From NCBI GenBank assembly GCA_964016885.1, contig OZ024751.1, positions 16,430,001 through 16,494,000 of the forward strand: a DNA stretch of 64,000 nucleotides, given 5' to 3'. This document shows positions 42,587 to 58,461 of the stretch, piece after piece. Origin of the DNA: Eledone cirrhosa. Its lineage: Eukaryota. The notes below the pieces were generated by a model, which was not told where the DNA came from, searched no databases, and saw only the letters and a program-made list of their open reading frames with translations. Position 1 is the first letter of the stretch. Every line of letters starts with the position of its first letter. The position numbers and the translations under genes were made by a program.

Positions 42587-43377
42587 TATAAAATATATAT
42601 ATATATATAAAAATATATATACGATTACTGGTAGTTTATTTTATCGACCATGTAAAGGCAAAGCTAACTATCGACCATGAAAGGCAAAGCTAACCTCGGT
42701 ATCCAAACCAACTTATATTAATTAACGTTCCTAACAACGAGTGAACCATTGAAATGGCTGTATGTGTTACCTCCCCTTGCTAAAAAAATCCAACTGTGAG
42801 TATATGTTGCAAATCATGTTGTGTTGTCCGACGCTCTATCGAATCTGTCAATCCAACAGGGGCTTAAGGCGTTGGAGAAAATTAAAGGAGAACATGTATA
42901 ACATCAATAACGACAACAACAACAATACCAACAGCAACAAAAAGAAACAGAGAGGTATACCGAGTAGAGAGGACATTGGTAAAAGGGGAAAGAGTAGGTG
43001 TTATAAATAATAAAATAATCGAAACGAAAGATGATAGAGCACACGCTCTCAGATACATTATTCATCTCCGTAAGTTATTTTTATATTTTTATGCTTTCCT
43101 CATATCAGAATCATAATGTCTGTTCTGACTAATGTCACGTATTCATGGATACTCTCTCCGTTGAATCTGTGAAGTTCTAAAATGATGAATGTTTCTTTAA
43201 GATGGATAATTTCTCTGTTCATTCATTTGGTTTGTATTTTGATCTCGTAATCAAAGCAGCCATACTGGTGCTGTTTCAATCTTGAGTACATTTATCATCT
43301 GGCTTCTTTCATCGCCATTGGTGTAAATTAAGATATAAAACGTCTATTAAGCTTACGGCTTTATCATATGTATACTT

Positions 43378-43408
<31 letters not shown>

Positions 43409-43422
43409 ATACATACATAATA

Positions 43423-43458
<36 letters not shown>

Positions 43459-43494
43459 CATAATACATGTGTATATACATACATAATACATGTA

Positions 43495-43534
<40 letters not shown>

Positions 43535-43543
43535 ATACATGTA

Positions 43544-43609
<66 letters not shown>

Positions 43610-43715
43610 CATATTTCTATATATATTTGTGTGTGTGTGTATGTATATATATATATATATATGTGTGTGTATCCCGGGTCCAAACGGGCTTTCGTGATGA
43701 TTTCCTTCGAATGAA

Positions 43716-43748
43716 ACAGTTCTAGTCCTCCTGTAAAAGCCTTTTCTA

Positions 43749-43812
<64 letters not shown>

Positions 43813-43845
43813 TAGAAAAGGCTTTTACAGGAGGACTAGAACTGT
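43716..43845. repeat. Perfect 33-bp inverted repeat separated by a (TA)n tract
   Basis: ACAGTTCTAGTCCTCCTGTAAAAGCCTTTTCTA and its reverse complement. Confidence 0.9.
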
Positions 43846-44768
43846 ATATATATATATACGTATATACAAACACACAAACACACAGACAGACAGACATACA
43901 CACACACTCACACATATATATATATATATATGCAGTAACGTGTTTACTCCACAACCAGTCGGTTCTGGTATTATTCCACCAGCGTGGCCCCTTGGATAAG
44001 TGTACTAGGGTAGGTTAAGTTCATAGACTTATTATGAAGGTGTGATGTTATTGCTGTGAAATCTCGCATGCAAACTATTCATGTTAATAACTGTATTGTT
44101 TCTTTCCAGCGACTATGTTGAAAACTAAACCTCATTTGGTTACTCCATGAGAATATCTTGAACACTCTTCGTCAGAACCGACGGAGGTTCAACACACACA
44201 TCCAGACATACAGGGACACACGGATACACACACACATAAACATCAACCTCACCTTCAATCTCATCCACATCCGATTCTCTGTAGCGCTGCACTCACCCCG
44301 CACTTTTACTATCGTTCCATTTTCCATCTCAAAGCATTAAGAGAAAAATAATGCTTCACTGAAGTTTTTAAAGATTTTTTTCTGGATTATTTTATAAAAA
44401 AAATTCCTCATTATGTATACACTTAATTTATGGGCTTTCTGATGAGTTTTCGTTTTAATATTATTTATAGATATTTTAATATTGATTATAGATTTTTTTA
44501 TCTGTTTGAGTTTTGGGATTGTTTTTAAAGTTCAATAACTATTGCTATCATTAACATATTTACTGGCCATTTTTTAAAAATTATAATCATTGCGATTATA
44601 AAACAAATCATCATCATCGTTATTATCCTTATTATTATTATTATTATTATTACTGTTGTTATTATTACTATTATTATTATTATATATTTATATTTATTAT
44701 GTTTCTGTTCTTTATTTCTTCTTCTTCCACATTTTAGATTTACGTCTTTCAATAATTGGCTCTCTATG

Positions 44769-44799
<31 letters not shown>

Positions 44800-45387
44800 A
44801 TATATTTTGATAGAAAGCCGATTATTCAGCCATGCAAAGCGATAACTAGTTGTTAGTAAATATATGTATAAATAAATGTATATATATATATCAGCTTTTG
44901 ATCAATATATATATTGAGAACGGATACCTGTTGAGAAAGTGAAACCTCTGTTCGATCTTCCAAAACCAATAACTTGCATACCCAACAAGTGGATTTTGTT
45001 GATTTCGGATTTCACAGAAACTTAGCGGAGATATTGCATAATGTCGACCCGATGGCCCAGGTTTGTCAAATTATCCTGAGTCGGTTTTCTCGCTGCTTTA
45101 GTCCCTACGGCTGGCTTGCCGGTCGCACTCTTCAATTTGCAAAGCTGTCTAAACGTAGTGTTATTACTCTAAGGTAATATACCTTATTGGGTGCTTAGCT
45201 GCACATTCCGATTGCATTCGTTAGCTTAGCTGCAGCCAGAGTTTCGATTATGCTGAACTTAGATTTGTATATATATATATATTTATATATATATACACAC
45301 ATAAATATACATGTTTGTGTGTGTGTGTATATATGTATATATATATATATACACATAACTATACATGTGTTTGTGTGTGTGTGTTTA

Positions 45388-45426
<39 letters not shown>

Positions 45427-45427
45427 G

Positions 45428-45511
<84 letters not shown>

Positions 45512-45737
45512 TGCTTGTGTGTATTTTTCATATAATGTAATTTTGTGTTTAATTTCTATAATTTATTTTAATTCTAAAGTATTTTAATGTGTTCTATTGA
45601 CATTTCATCGCACCTGCACTTACAATCAATACACGTTAGGGCTCATATATTAATTAAGAGTAAATTTCTTTTTGCGCTCCTGACAAGAACCACACATATT
45701 TCATGCAGTCTGTTTAAATGCAAACGTACTCCGCATT

Positions 45738-46161
<424 letters not shown>

Positions 46162-46204
46162 CTCGTGTGTGCGTGTTTATAGCTTTGAATTATGAGTGTG
46201 TGTA

Positions 46205-46237
<33 letters not shown>

Positions 46238-48723
46238 GCGTTAAAATACAAGGACCTCACTAGTGAAGAAATTAACATCATTCTCACCGCAAGGAAAACC
46301 ATCTTGGAATTTAACAATGAATATTGGACAAGAGCGGACACTTCCAACAATTTCGACATCACCATAGGTTCGTCGGATTCAGCTCAACTGACTGATTTGG
46401 TTGGAATTTTCATCTTGAACTCTTTAAATCGGAAAATTCCTCAACTTCGCGGTGGAATTTATCGTGATGATGGTCTTTTTACTGTCTCTAATTGTAACAA
46501 AGTAAACTTTAATATTATTAAGGAAAATATACTTGATCTATTTAAGCATCTTAACTTAAAATTTGAATTCGAGTATAATGTTGAATTAGCAAATTTCCTT
46601 GATATATCCCTTAATCTAGATACCGGCCTATATTACCCATATCATAAGGTTAATGAGAACTTAAATTACGTTAACTTTAAATCTAACCACTCTATTAATG
46701 TTAAAACTGCTATAGTCAGAAGTGTGAAAAAAAAGAATTTTTAATTTATCCTCTAACAAAGATATCTTCGAAGCTAACGCCAATTATTTTAATAGGGCTG
46801 GATATCTAGACAAAATTAGGTATACTAAGAAACTAATCTTGGCAGAGCCTATAGTAACTCTAGTAATGTAGCTAGTAATAATCATACCACTAACAAAAGG
46901 AGGAGACGTAGATATAAAAATATCCTTTGGCAAAACGCTCCCTTCTTTCTTTCCGTTATTAATAATATCCCTAAATTATTTTTTAGGGCTTTATATAACA
47001 GCTTCACTCCTAAACATATATATAGCAAGATATTCAATAAGCATACTATTAAATTCTCATACTCCACTACCTCGAACATTTCTAAAATTTCCTCAAGACG
47101 TAATTCTAAAATATTAAAGAATAACTCATATACATCCAACCATGAGAGTCATAATAATAACACTATAAGGCCCGACGTCAATGTAAACTCTAGGCAAAAT
47201 AACACAAATATAAATACGACGTCAAACGTAACTTTGAGGAATACATCAAATAGTAATGTAAATCTAGAAACTTTAGCACCTCCTTAAGTTAATTCCACCA
47301 CTCCAGTTCCTAATATAATTAACCCTGGGCCACCTGTCAATAACACTGTAAATAATCTTAATCGTAAATGCAACTGCCCTATTGGAACTAATTGTCCTCT
47401 TAGTAATTTCTGTCTCGATAAAAACCTAGTATATGAATGTAAAGTGGTAACTAGTACCAATACCTATACCTACATTGGCTCTACTTCTACCTCTTTTAAA
47501 GCAAGATTCTATAATCATTCTTCTTCATTTAAATATCCACTTAAAAGGACCAGCACCGCACTCTCAGAGCTTATTTGGTTCTAAAAACATTATTTATGAA
47601 ATTTCTTGGCGTAAAATCTACAACACATCTCCATACTCCAATGTTTCCATATCTAGTGTTTGTAATTTATGTCTAGTTGAAAAATTTACCATTATCTCGA
47701 ATTTCAACTCTATAATAAATATAAAAACAGATTTATTTGGTCCTTGCAATCATAAATCCTTCAAGACCTTTCACAAAGTATAAAGCTAATGTCCTATAAC
47801 TTTTTCCACGAATAACGGTTAATTTTTTACACATATGTTTTTACATATATATTCTTTTTACATATATATATATATATTTTATAATCTTTTTACACATATT
47901 TCATTATATTCTACAATGTATTAATTTAGTTTTCTCAGCATATATTAAGCATTTGACCTTTTTTCGATAGCCTTAAGTTTTGGCTCAAACCTTCGTAGAT
48001 TTTGTAAACAAATTATGACGTCATATGTTTTTCTACATTTATAAATCATTCTAACAATTTCCTTTATTTCCTTGTTGATATAAATAATAATTAAATAGTA
48101 TACCCCACATATATTGATTTTTAATAGAAATTTGTAATTTTGACATAGACTATTTTTATCATTTTTTTATTTTATTTTATTTCATATAAAAATCTTTTTT
48201 TATACTTATTTTAATTTAATTCAATTTTATTTTAGTAATACATTTTTACACTTCTTAATCCAAGTTTTAGTTTTTAAACCCAATATGAAATAATATACCC
48301 AGTTTCTATATTTTAGACCTCTAATATTTGAATACCATCTATAATATTCGCACATACACCTCATCAATTTACTTTTTAGCCGTTATTTACAGCTGTTTTC
48401 ATTTTGACAGCGTCCCTGATCAAAAGTCTTTCTATCTCTCTTACTCTCTCTTCCTTCTTTCTTTTTCCTTTTTTCCTCTCCTCACTTTCTTTTTCCTTTT
48501 TCTCCTTCTTTCCTTTTTTTTCTATTTTCCTATCTTTTTCCTACTCTTATATTTTCTGTCATATGTAGGTTTTGCACTTTCCTGTTGGCAAGTGTTTTTA
48601 GGCTTCATATCATGTTACCTTATTTTATCTGATGAGAACACAATTTTTGTCCCAGGATGATGTTGTTTCGAAATGCCCTTAATAAAATATATGGAACTTC
48701 TTTAACCATCTTTTAATTTCTTT
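46238..48723 (+). mobile_element. 5'-truncated Penelope-like element, Naiad type (RT plus C-terminal GIY-YIG), pseudogenised, within (TA)n
   Basis: FDITIGSSDSAQLTDLVG, GIYRDDGL, NFLDISLNL..YYPYHK..YVNFKSNH; from 47369 CNC..CPL..CL..VY..YIGST..FKARFYNH..CNLCLVEK; stop 47781-47783; frameshifts. Confidence 0.9.
48621..48689 (+). ncRNA. Hammerhead at the 3' end of the Naiad-type PLE
   Basis: UAUUUUAU-CUGAUGA-GAAC..GUUUC-GAAA-UGCCCU-UA/AUAAAAUA. Confidence 0.75.
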
Positions 48724-48812
48724 TATATATATATTACACACACACATATATATAGTTTAATGCGATGAAATATCAATGATGGTTGGCAAATCACTGACGA
48801 AGGACTAATTTT

Positions 48813-48873
<61 letters not shown>

Positions 48874-49534
48874 TTGGCTTAGACCTCCTTCCGATCAGGT
48901 GACAAGAGTTCTAGTCTTCTGGTCAAAAGGCCGTGTAATTACCATGTACATAGCGAAGCATTTTACGTTCACTTTAGCTTTCATGTGATTCTCAGAGTGA
49001 TACAAGAGTGATTCAGTGTATGACAGTTATTGACAATCGCTGGCTCTTTGTACTTTGAAGTGGAGCTAAAACACATTCCTATTCCAGCTGAGTGAACAGG
49101 AACAACGTGAAAATAACAGTCACACACATATATATATGTATATATGTGTGACTGTGTATGTGTGTGTATATATAGATATGTGTATATGTTTATGTAGGTA
49201 CAGGTGTTAACGTAAGCACGCAAGCTCTATCTGTGTGTGTATGTGTGTGTGTGCGTGTGCGTGTGCGTGTGCGTGTGCGTGTGCGTGTGCATGTGTGTGC
49301 GTGTAATACTTATAGTCCTGTGAGTGTTTTGAGCAAAGAGTATTTCAAATTTTCAAAGGCCTAGGGACCGCATTAGGCGATTCAGCGACTCTCTCTATAA
49401 TTCTTAGTCTTTCTCTTTTTAGATATATTTTTCTCTTTTTAGATAGATACATAGATATAACTTTGCGCCCTTATAATATCTGTCTGTATGTCTGGCTGTC
49501 TGCGTTACGACATTATGACGCTATATGTGAGTGT

Positions 49535-50501
<967 letters not shown>

Positions 50502-50758
50502 GTCTAACGTTTTTCGAAATATTTACTTCTGCGTTCACAGATTGATGTTATTAGTTTCAGAAGATCCCGTTAAGGGTGAATGCAGCGATTCTTTGCTTAA
50601 ACTTTAACCTGTTATTTTAATATAGATATATATATAATTATATATTCGTGTTCAAATATTTTTGCATACACAATAACAAAATATAAACAAAGGTATTTAT
50701 TTCACGAGGCTCGATAAGGATAAATATATATCAAATATATGAGAACCCTAGAGCAAAT

Positions 50759-50787
50759 CCCGAGGAACGCCGGGCCATTCTGCTAGT
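50759..50787 (+). mobile_element. Possible Helitron 3' terminus
   Basis: GC hairpin CCCGAGGAACGCCGGG followed 8 nt later by CTAG-T. Confidence 0.4.
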
Positions 50788-51076
50788 ATATATATATAAC
50801 AAACAAAATGTGGTATGATACCAAGTGGACCATAACGCACCAGAGTACTTGATACTAAGGTTAGCAGAGTTGGTAATAGGACACTCCGACGGTTGAGCTC
50901 CAGCCGTTTCGACAGCTAGGTCGGTTTATTCATTATGTAAGGTATTGTGCCCGCTCTGATATGCATATTTCTGTTTGAAACATACGATTTTTGTAAAATC
51001 ATTGAGCTTGTGGAAATCGGTGATCCTAGGCGATATCTAATTGTCTAGCTCGTTATTTTTGTATACCAAATTATAC

Positions 51077-51121
<45 letters not shown>

Positions 51122-51124
<3 letters not shown>

Positions 51125-52017
51125 TGATATTTGATTTCGGATTCATAGAAAAACTTTAAACGTATAATCGTTTGATTTGTCCAGGTGTATTTTTCTCAAC
51201 CTGTTAGTTCTTTCGTTACTTTGCTATATTGTGTGTTAGATTTTGCCTACCACAATGTTCGATTTGTCAAGCTATTTAAACGTATGTTATTATTCTAAGG
51301 ACCTACCTTATCGAGTGCTTTGCTAACTCATTATTTCATATAGTAGGCCGAATTTGCTTGCAAACCGTCAGAGATGCGATTTTACTAAGTATCCAATTAT
51401 ATTATTCGCCTTGATTTAATAATTAACTAATTAATTTAATTAGACAATTCTGTTGATTAGTTAATTATTTGTGTTTGTTTAATAACCTCTGGTCGAGAGC
51501 TTATTCTGATGATTAGCGGAAATTAAAATATTTCCTTTGTCTAACATTTTGAATGACCCGCCACACACCGGGGGTTATTTCCCTTGCTGGAAATAACACG
51601 TGACAGCTAAAGATACGATACGCTGCAGCTTAGCGGCAACATTTAGCCTTTTCGCCCCGTCCTTGGTAGAAAGAAAACCTGTTGATGAACTGAATCCTCT
51701 GTTCGATCATGAATACCACGAGCTTGTCAGTTACGTAAGTCTGATATTTGATTTCGGATTCATAGAAAAACTTTAAACGTATAATCGTTTGATTTGTCCA
51801 GGTGTATTTTTCTCAACCTGTTAGTTCTTTCGTTACTTTGGTATATTGTGTGTTAGATTTTGCCTACCACAATGTTCGATTTGTCAAGGTATTTAATCGT
51901 ATGTTATTACTCTAAGGAACTACCTTATCGAGTGCTTTGCTAACTCATTATTTCATATAGTAGGCCGAATTTGCTTGCAAACCGTCATAGATTCGATTTT
52001 ACTAAGTATCCAATTAT
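51122..52017. repeat. ~280-bp near-identical direct repeats, period 617 bp, between (TA)n tracts; diverged relative at ~44925-45265
   Basis: GTCTGATATTTGATTTCGGATTC...AAGTATCCAATTAT at 51122 and 51739. Confidence 0.9.
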
Positions 52018-52020
52018 ATA

Positions 52021-52089
<69 letters not shown>

Positions 52090-52551
52090 TAAAATGTGGA
52101 GAAGGAGCACACGAGTTGGAATGTATATGTAAATAGGGAGAAAAAGACGATTATTAGGAAGAAAAATATTTTTTTTCCTTTATTCTTTTCTCTTTTTTCT
52201 GGGTTAGAAAATGTTCAAAACAAAATATTTTACTTTGTGTGAAGTGTTAAGGTATTAGTTAATTTATTTATTAATTAAGAATACCATTTAATTATATATT
52301 TATATATTTAATAATTGTCAATTACCGGTTTCAGCATTTTATGCATTATCAAAGAGGGGAATTTGTATTGGTATAAAATTTAGGAGAGAAGATAAAGTAA
52401 TGTTGAAAATGTTAAGGAAATGGGAAAGAAAGAATAATATTATTTACAAACAAGGTTTTTGAAATAAAAAGAAAAAAGAAAAAAAAGGGGGTGATATGGA
52501 TATATATATATGTGGATATATATATATGGTTATATATATATATATATGTGT

Positions 52552-52631
<80 letters not shown>

Positions 52632-53318
52632 GGATTTATGTAGTTGTGTATATACATGTGATGGTTATTTGTATGGACGTTATTTCCTACATTCTTCTCA
52701 TATGACTTGTATATTTCGAGGGTTAGCATCGGCGTCGACTCCAAGCACTGGACATCTAGGCTCATCTTTGTATACGGTACACACCACGGTGCATACATCA
52801 AATGAAATTATATCGTATTTTATTAAATTATGTTGCAAAATATATTCTTCTTTTTTCATATATCATATCATATAGTAATTCATTTAGACATTGAGTCGTT
52901 GATAGGTTTTGTATCATTACTTCAAGCACAGTTGGAAACTTTGATGGTACGAAGTAAACACGACAAAATTTGAATAATTAAACTTTACTACGACTATCGA
53001 TTTTCCGATCGTTTGATAAAAAGTATATTTATTATCATACATATTCAATACCAAATCATACGATACAAACATCATACTTATTGATACAAATTGTTTCGAA
53101 CTAAGTACACATACATACATTCGCGCGCACACACACACACACACACGCACACACGCACATATATATATATGTGTATATATATATATATATATATAGAAAT
53201 ATACACACACACAAATATATATGTGTGTGTATGCGAAACGTCAACGAGAAGAGAAAGCACGGAGAGTGCAGTATAATGATAATATATATTAGTTCATGTC
53301 TGAATAATTAGGATATGA

Positions 53319-53356
53319 ATCTTAACGTTTCGAACGGTAGTTCTTCATCAGAAGAT
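53319..53356 (-). ncRNA. Minimal type I hammerhead with loop-less palindromic stem III; decayed relatives at 24722-24757(+) and 55502-55538(+)
   Basis: AUCUU-CUGAUGA-A-GAAC(uacc)GUUC-GAAA-CG-UU/AAGAU. Confidence 0.8.
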
Positions 53357-53449
53357 AGAAAGGGCGATTGAAGAAAATATCGTTGGATGGACGAGAGTAA
53401 GAAAAAGTAAGAACGAATTTTTTTACACAGGAGGCATCTCTGTGTTTAG

Positions 53450-54025
53450 TCAATCCCGCCCAGGTTAATTTTGCCCCTCATCCTTAAGAGATCGATAAAA
53501 TAAATCATCGGTAACGCACTGGAGCCCAATTAATCGACATTCGGCGGTATTTGAACACAGATCGGGCAGGGCCGTAACACTATGTTATAAATAATATTGT
53601 CCGACGCTCCACCAATACTGCCAATCCATTGCCCTAATAGTAGTAGTAATAATAATTGTTTCTACTTTTTGGCACAAGGCCAGCAATTATCCCAGTGTAT
53701 TACTGGTACTTTATTTTATCGACCCCGTAAGGATGAAAGGCAAGGTTAACCTAGGCGGGATTTGAACTCAGTCCGTAAAGGGAAGTAACTCTTTGCTGCA
53801 AAGTAGTAGTAATAATAATGGTTTCTTCTTTAGGCAGAAGACAGCAATTTTAGTGGAGGGGAAATCGATTAGTTCGACCCCAGTGCATTACTGTTACTTT
53901 ATTTTATTGACCCGTAAGGATGAAAGGCAAAGTTAACCTTGGCGAGGTTTGAAATCAGACCATAAAGGGACGTAACTCTATGCTGGAAAGCATGACGTCC
54001 AACCATCTACCGATACTGCCAAACC
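53450..54025 (-). mobile_element. Cluster of family-A SINE copies and fragments
   Basis: Family-A motifs at ~53650-53800 and ~53815-54025, with fragments upstream. Confidence 0.85.
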
Positions 54026-54722
54026 ACAGTTCTCGTAATAATAATGATAATAACAGCAACAATACTATATGTAGTATTATTGTTATTACCGTTTTATTAT
54101 ATTTATTAACATGATTCATAATTATTCATTCATTTTTACATATTTCTATTTCCTCATTTATCTCAAAACATTTACAAATAGAAGGAAAATACACTATGAC
54201 CGTTGCAAAATTTATGTATTAATTTGCTTGATTCTGACACTTCATTACACTATAGGAATGTGTTTATACGTTTGCATTCTAACTAGTTATTTTAGTTTTT
54301 CTTTGACTGTTTGATTTTCTTTTTATATGCAGGAGAAAAATCAAGCTTGTTGCATAGTAATGTTGTATTTCTCTGCTTTACTCAAAGCGCATTATCTAGT
54401 GTGACAGGGCACGTTGAGGAATAGTTTCAATTATATGCAAGTCAATGTTATTCTCCTTCAAATTACAAATATGTTAGAGTAGAGATGTCAGGGTTAGTTA
54501 ATAGAACCATGTATATCAACATATATCTTGATGTTTACTGCCACTCGTTTATACAAACCAATTTATTTTCATCGTGATTCACGAGAAGGAGTTCGGCTTG
54601 ATACGAAATGGTCTTTTATTTTGTTGAATGGTATTTTGCGTGCAAATGATAAATTCAACATTTGCATAGAGAAAGACAAACCTACACATATATCGCCCCC
54701 ATATATATATATATACGCGCGC

Positions 54723-54802
<80 letters not shown>

Positions 54803-54874
54803 ATAATTTATATATGTATATATATATGTATATGCGTATATATATATATGCTTATATATACATATATATATATA

Positions 54875-54920
<46 letters not shown>

Positions 54921-56092
54921 CATGTGTGTGTGTGTTTATTTGTGTGTGTGTGTATGTTTACGTTTGTGTGTTTGTGTGTGATTTTAAGGTTTGTGTCCGT
55001 GTTTATGTCTCGTAACTTAGTGTTTCGATAAAAAAGAGTTAGTTTAAAATAATTACCATGATTTAAAAAAAGTATTGGAATAGATATGATCGGGGAAAAA
55101 ATATCTAATTAAAGCGGTGCCCCATCATGGCCGCTGTTTGATGAATGAAGCCAGTGAAAGTTTAAATAAAATAAAATTAAATAGTGTTATGCAAACAATT
55201 GCATTATGAATGCTTTTAAAACGTTGTGAAATAAACATATATCAAGGTAAACAATTATTTTAAACAACAAATCTATTTGTAATTGGGATTATTATATTAT
55301 AGAAAGTATTTAATCACCCCTCTTCCTTATCTTACCACACGTTCTACTCAACATTTAAAATTATGAATAACATACCCAGTTCTCCAATTATTATTTTTCA
55401 GAGCTTCAAAGCTTCTCTTCTTAATTTTCTCATGAAAAAATAAAATAACCGTTTCTTACTTTCATCTATCTTTTAAATTCTACTTCTCACACTCACAATT
55501 TATCTTCCAATGAAGGACTAACGCCCGAAACGATAAGACTCTTTGCATATTCTGTTAAGTGTTAAACTAATATATATCATCAAATTATTGCATTGTTCTT
55601 CCGCGTTATTTTCCCTTGTTGACTTTTCTCAAATGTGTACACAATCAGTATTCTGTTTACTTTCTGGCAACACTTCCAATATATTATTATTTTGATGTTT
55701 CAGTCATTAGCCCGTGGCCATGCTGTCGCACCACCTCGATTTAGTCTAAATAATAGACCTATAGGGCTCATTCTGTCGAATCTGGTACTTATTTCATCGA
55801 TTCATTCTCGCCCGCTAAGTTATGAGAGACATTCGTTCAGTTGTAAACATACACACGCTCATGTATGTATATCTATATATTATATATACATACATATATA
55901 TATATATAAAGGATCGATCGACTTTCGTCAAATCGGACCGAGGAAACAATGTTTTCGTCGATCTTACCGGTTGCTAATACTATCTATCGGTCGCAACTCC
56001 AGGTAGAAGGAGCAACGTGAAATAAAGTGTCTTGCTCAAGGACATAACGCATCGCCCGGTCCAGGAGTCGAACTGACAACCTCAAGATTGTG

Positions 56093-56352
56093 AAGTTCTT
56101 TTGTCACACATTCTGTGACCTCTTCAGTGACTGGGGATTCTTTTCTTTGTTTTTGTTCCCAGTCACTGAAGAGGTCACAGAATGTGTGACAAAAGAACTT
56201 TGACAATATATGAACAATCGTCTGGTTGTGGAACCAACCAACCAACCGGAAATTTATAAATTCTTAAATTTATAAATTTAATTTATAATAAATTGGAGTG
56301 AAAGCAACTGGTGCGTGTGTTTCTTATTGGCAACATGACCCTCCCAAAGCAT

Positions 56353-56359
<7 letters not shown>
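56093..56359. mobile_element. Family P1 fold-back copy; both hammerheads carry the same GAAA>AAAA change
   Basis: TTCTTTTGTCAC.. and ..GTGACAAAAGAA on the two arms. Confidence 0.85.
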
Positions 56360-56397
<38 letters not shown>

Positions 56398-56530
56398 CAA
56401 TTACAAAAGTCCGATGAGCTTTTGACTCCAGAGTTAATACAGATCAATGCAGATCGAACATTGAGCTGTTAAATCACCTCAAATAAATGTAATGAAAATT
56501 TAACATCTCCATATTATTATTATTATTATT

Positions 56531-56720
56531 AGGCGGTGGATGGCAGTATCGGTAGAGAGCCGGACGCCATGCTTTGCAGCAAAGAGTTACGGCCCTTTAT
56601 GTTCTGAGTTCAAATCCCACCGACGTTAACTTTGCCTTTCATCCTTACTGGGTCGATAAAATAAAGTACCAGTAATACACTGGGATAATTGCTGGCCATG
56701 TGCCAAAAGTTGAAACAATT
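56531..56720 (+). mobile_element. Full-length family-A SINE in (ATT)n
   Basis: Head, B-box, central domain and tail present. Confidence 0.9.
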
Positions 56721-57581
56721 ATTATTATTATTCTCTCTCTCTCTGTATCTATCTATCTCTCTATATATATACATATATACGTCGTCCAACTGCAGTGTCT
56801 GCCTACCAAATATGTCACTCCCAAGACATTGATCAACATGAGAGTAACCCTTTAGCATTCAAATTACTCTATATATACTATTATAGTTTCATGGTAAATG
56901 CTTGATCTTACATAATTATCTCACATAATGTCGAATCTATGAGATTTTGAGTGACCAGTTACAGTCAATTTCAACAGAAAAAGGTAGAGAATTCTGGCCG
57001 GTTTTGGCCGGTTTGAACATTAAAAGGTTAAAGTAGATAGAAAAAACTGACCCAAGTTGTCACTCAGCGAAACTGTACCTCAAACAACGAGGTTGTAAAG
57101 TGAACTTCTTCATTCAGTCATGCTTACACTTCTGCTTGTGAACTTTGTATGAAATTGTTAAGTGGCGAAAATACAGAATTGGCGTTTAACATTCTAAATC
57201 CATTGGATATTGAAATTCCCTAATATCTAATTGTTGTATTCGAAATAGTTTTATGGAATTATATTTCTTCATTTTGTAGAATCCAAACTATCGGTGCCCT
57301 TTATCGAAGATCATTATAAAAGGCTTGTTCGAAAATGGTAGGTTGGTAGGACCATTAGAGCGTTGGAGTAAATGCTATGAGATATTTGTCCTGGCTATTT
57401 ATGTCCTAAGTTCAAATTCCACTGAGGTCAATTTATTCTTTCATACATGCTGGATTGATAAAATAAGATACCAGTAGAGTACTAGAATCGGTATAATGGT
57501 TCCTTATTTAGGCACAAGGACAAAGATTTTTGTGAAGAAGAATGCCGATAAAATCAATCCCATTATGATACTGTTAGTTTA

Positions 57582-58003
57582 TTTTATCAATCCTGTAAGG
57601 ATGAATGCAAAGCTAACCTCGGCAGGTATTGAACCCAGAAGTATACTGCCAAATCTATCATCTTCCTTTTATCAACCCTGTAAGGATGAATGCAAAGCTA
57701 ACCTCGGCAGGTATTGAACCCAGAAGTATACTGCCAAATCTATCATCTTCCTTTTATCAACCCTGTAAGGATGAATGCAAAGCTAACCTCGGCAGATATT
57801 GAACCCAGAACGATACTGCCAAATCTATCATCTTCCTTTTATCAACCCTGTAAGGATGAATGCAAAGCTAACCTCGGCAGATATTGAACCCAGAACGATA
57901 CTGCCAAATCAATCATCTTCCGTTTATCAATCCTGTAAGGATGAATGCAAAGCTAACCTCGGCGGGTATTGAACCCAGAACGATAGTGTCAAATCTATCA
58001 CCT
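57582..58003. repeat. 85-bp x5 minisatellite derived from an internally deleted family-A SINE
   Basis: GTAAGGATGAATGC at 57595, 57680, 57765, 57850, 57935. Confidence 0.92.
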
Positions 58004-58266
58004 CCCTGTTTCCTTATTCCGTTAATACAATCCAACAACATCCTCTTTTATATCAAACTTAAATGAAAAACTAAAACTATAACGAAAATTAGATTTTACT
58101 AATGTGGAACGAAGACCAGAGTTTGAGAGGAAGGATAAAAGAGAAGACCGGAAGAAAAACAAAGATGAATGAATATAGCTAAATTTCCTGTTTTACGTTC
58201 ATGGAATTCTGCCATATGTAAATCTATCGTTCTGAGATTAAAAGACCAAAACAACAATATCTACAC

Positions 58267-58375
<109 letters not shown>

Positions 58376-58399
58376 AAAAATAAATTTAAGATGCAAATG

Positions 58400-58457
<58 letters not shown>

Positions 58458-58461
<4 letters not shown>

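Noticed and set aside
46196-46744. Selenocysteine-coding Naiad (reported for some members of the clade)
   Set aside because: No in-frame TGA in the visible RT segment and no SECIS recognisable by eye
51500-51530. CTGATGA..GAAA near-match (similar weak matches at 44439 and 56411)
   Set aside because: Stems II and I do not pair convincingly; expected by chance in AT-rich DNA
54320-54425. Possible host exon after a polypyrimidine-AG acceptor
   Set aside because: No recognisable protein in any frame and no supporting donor or neighbouring exon
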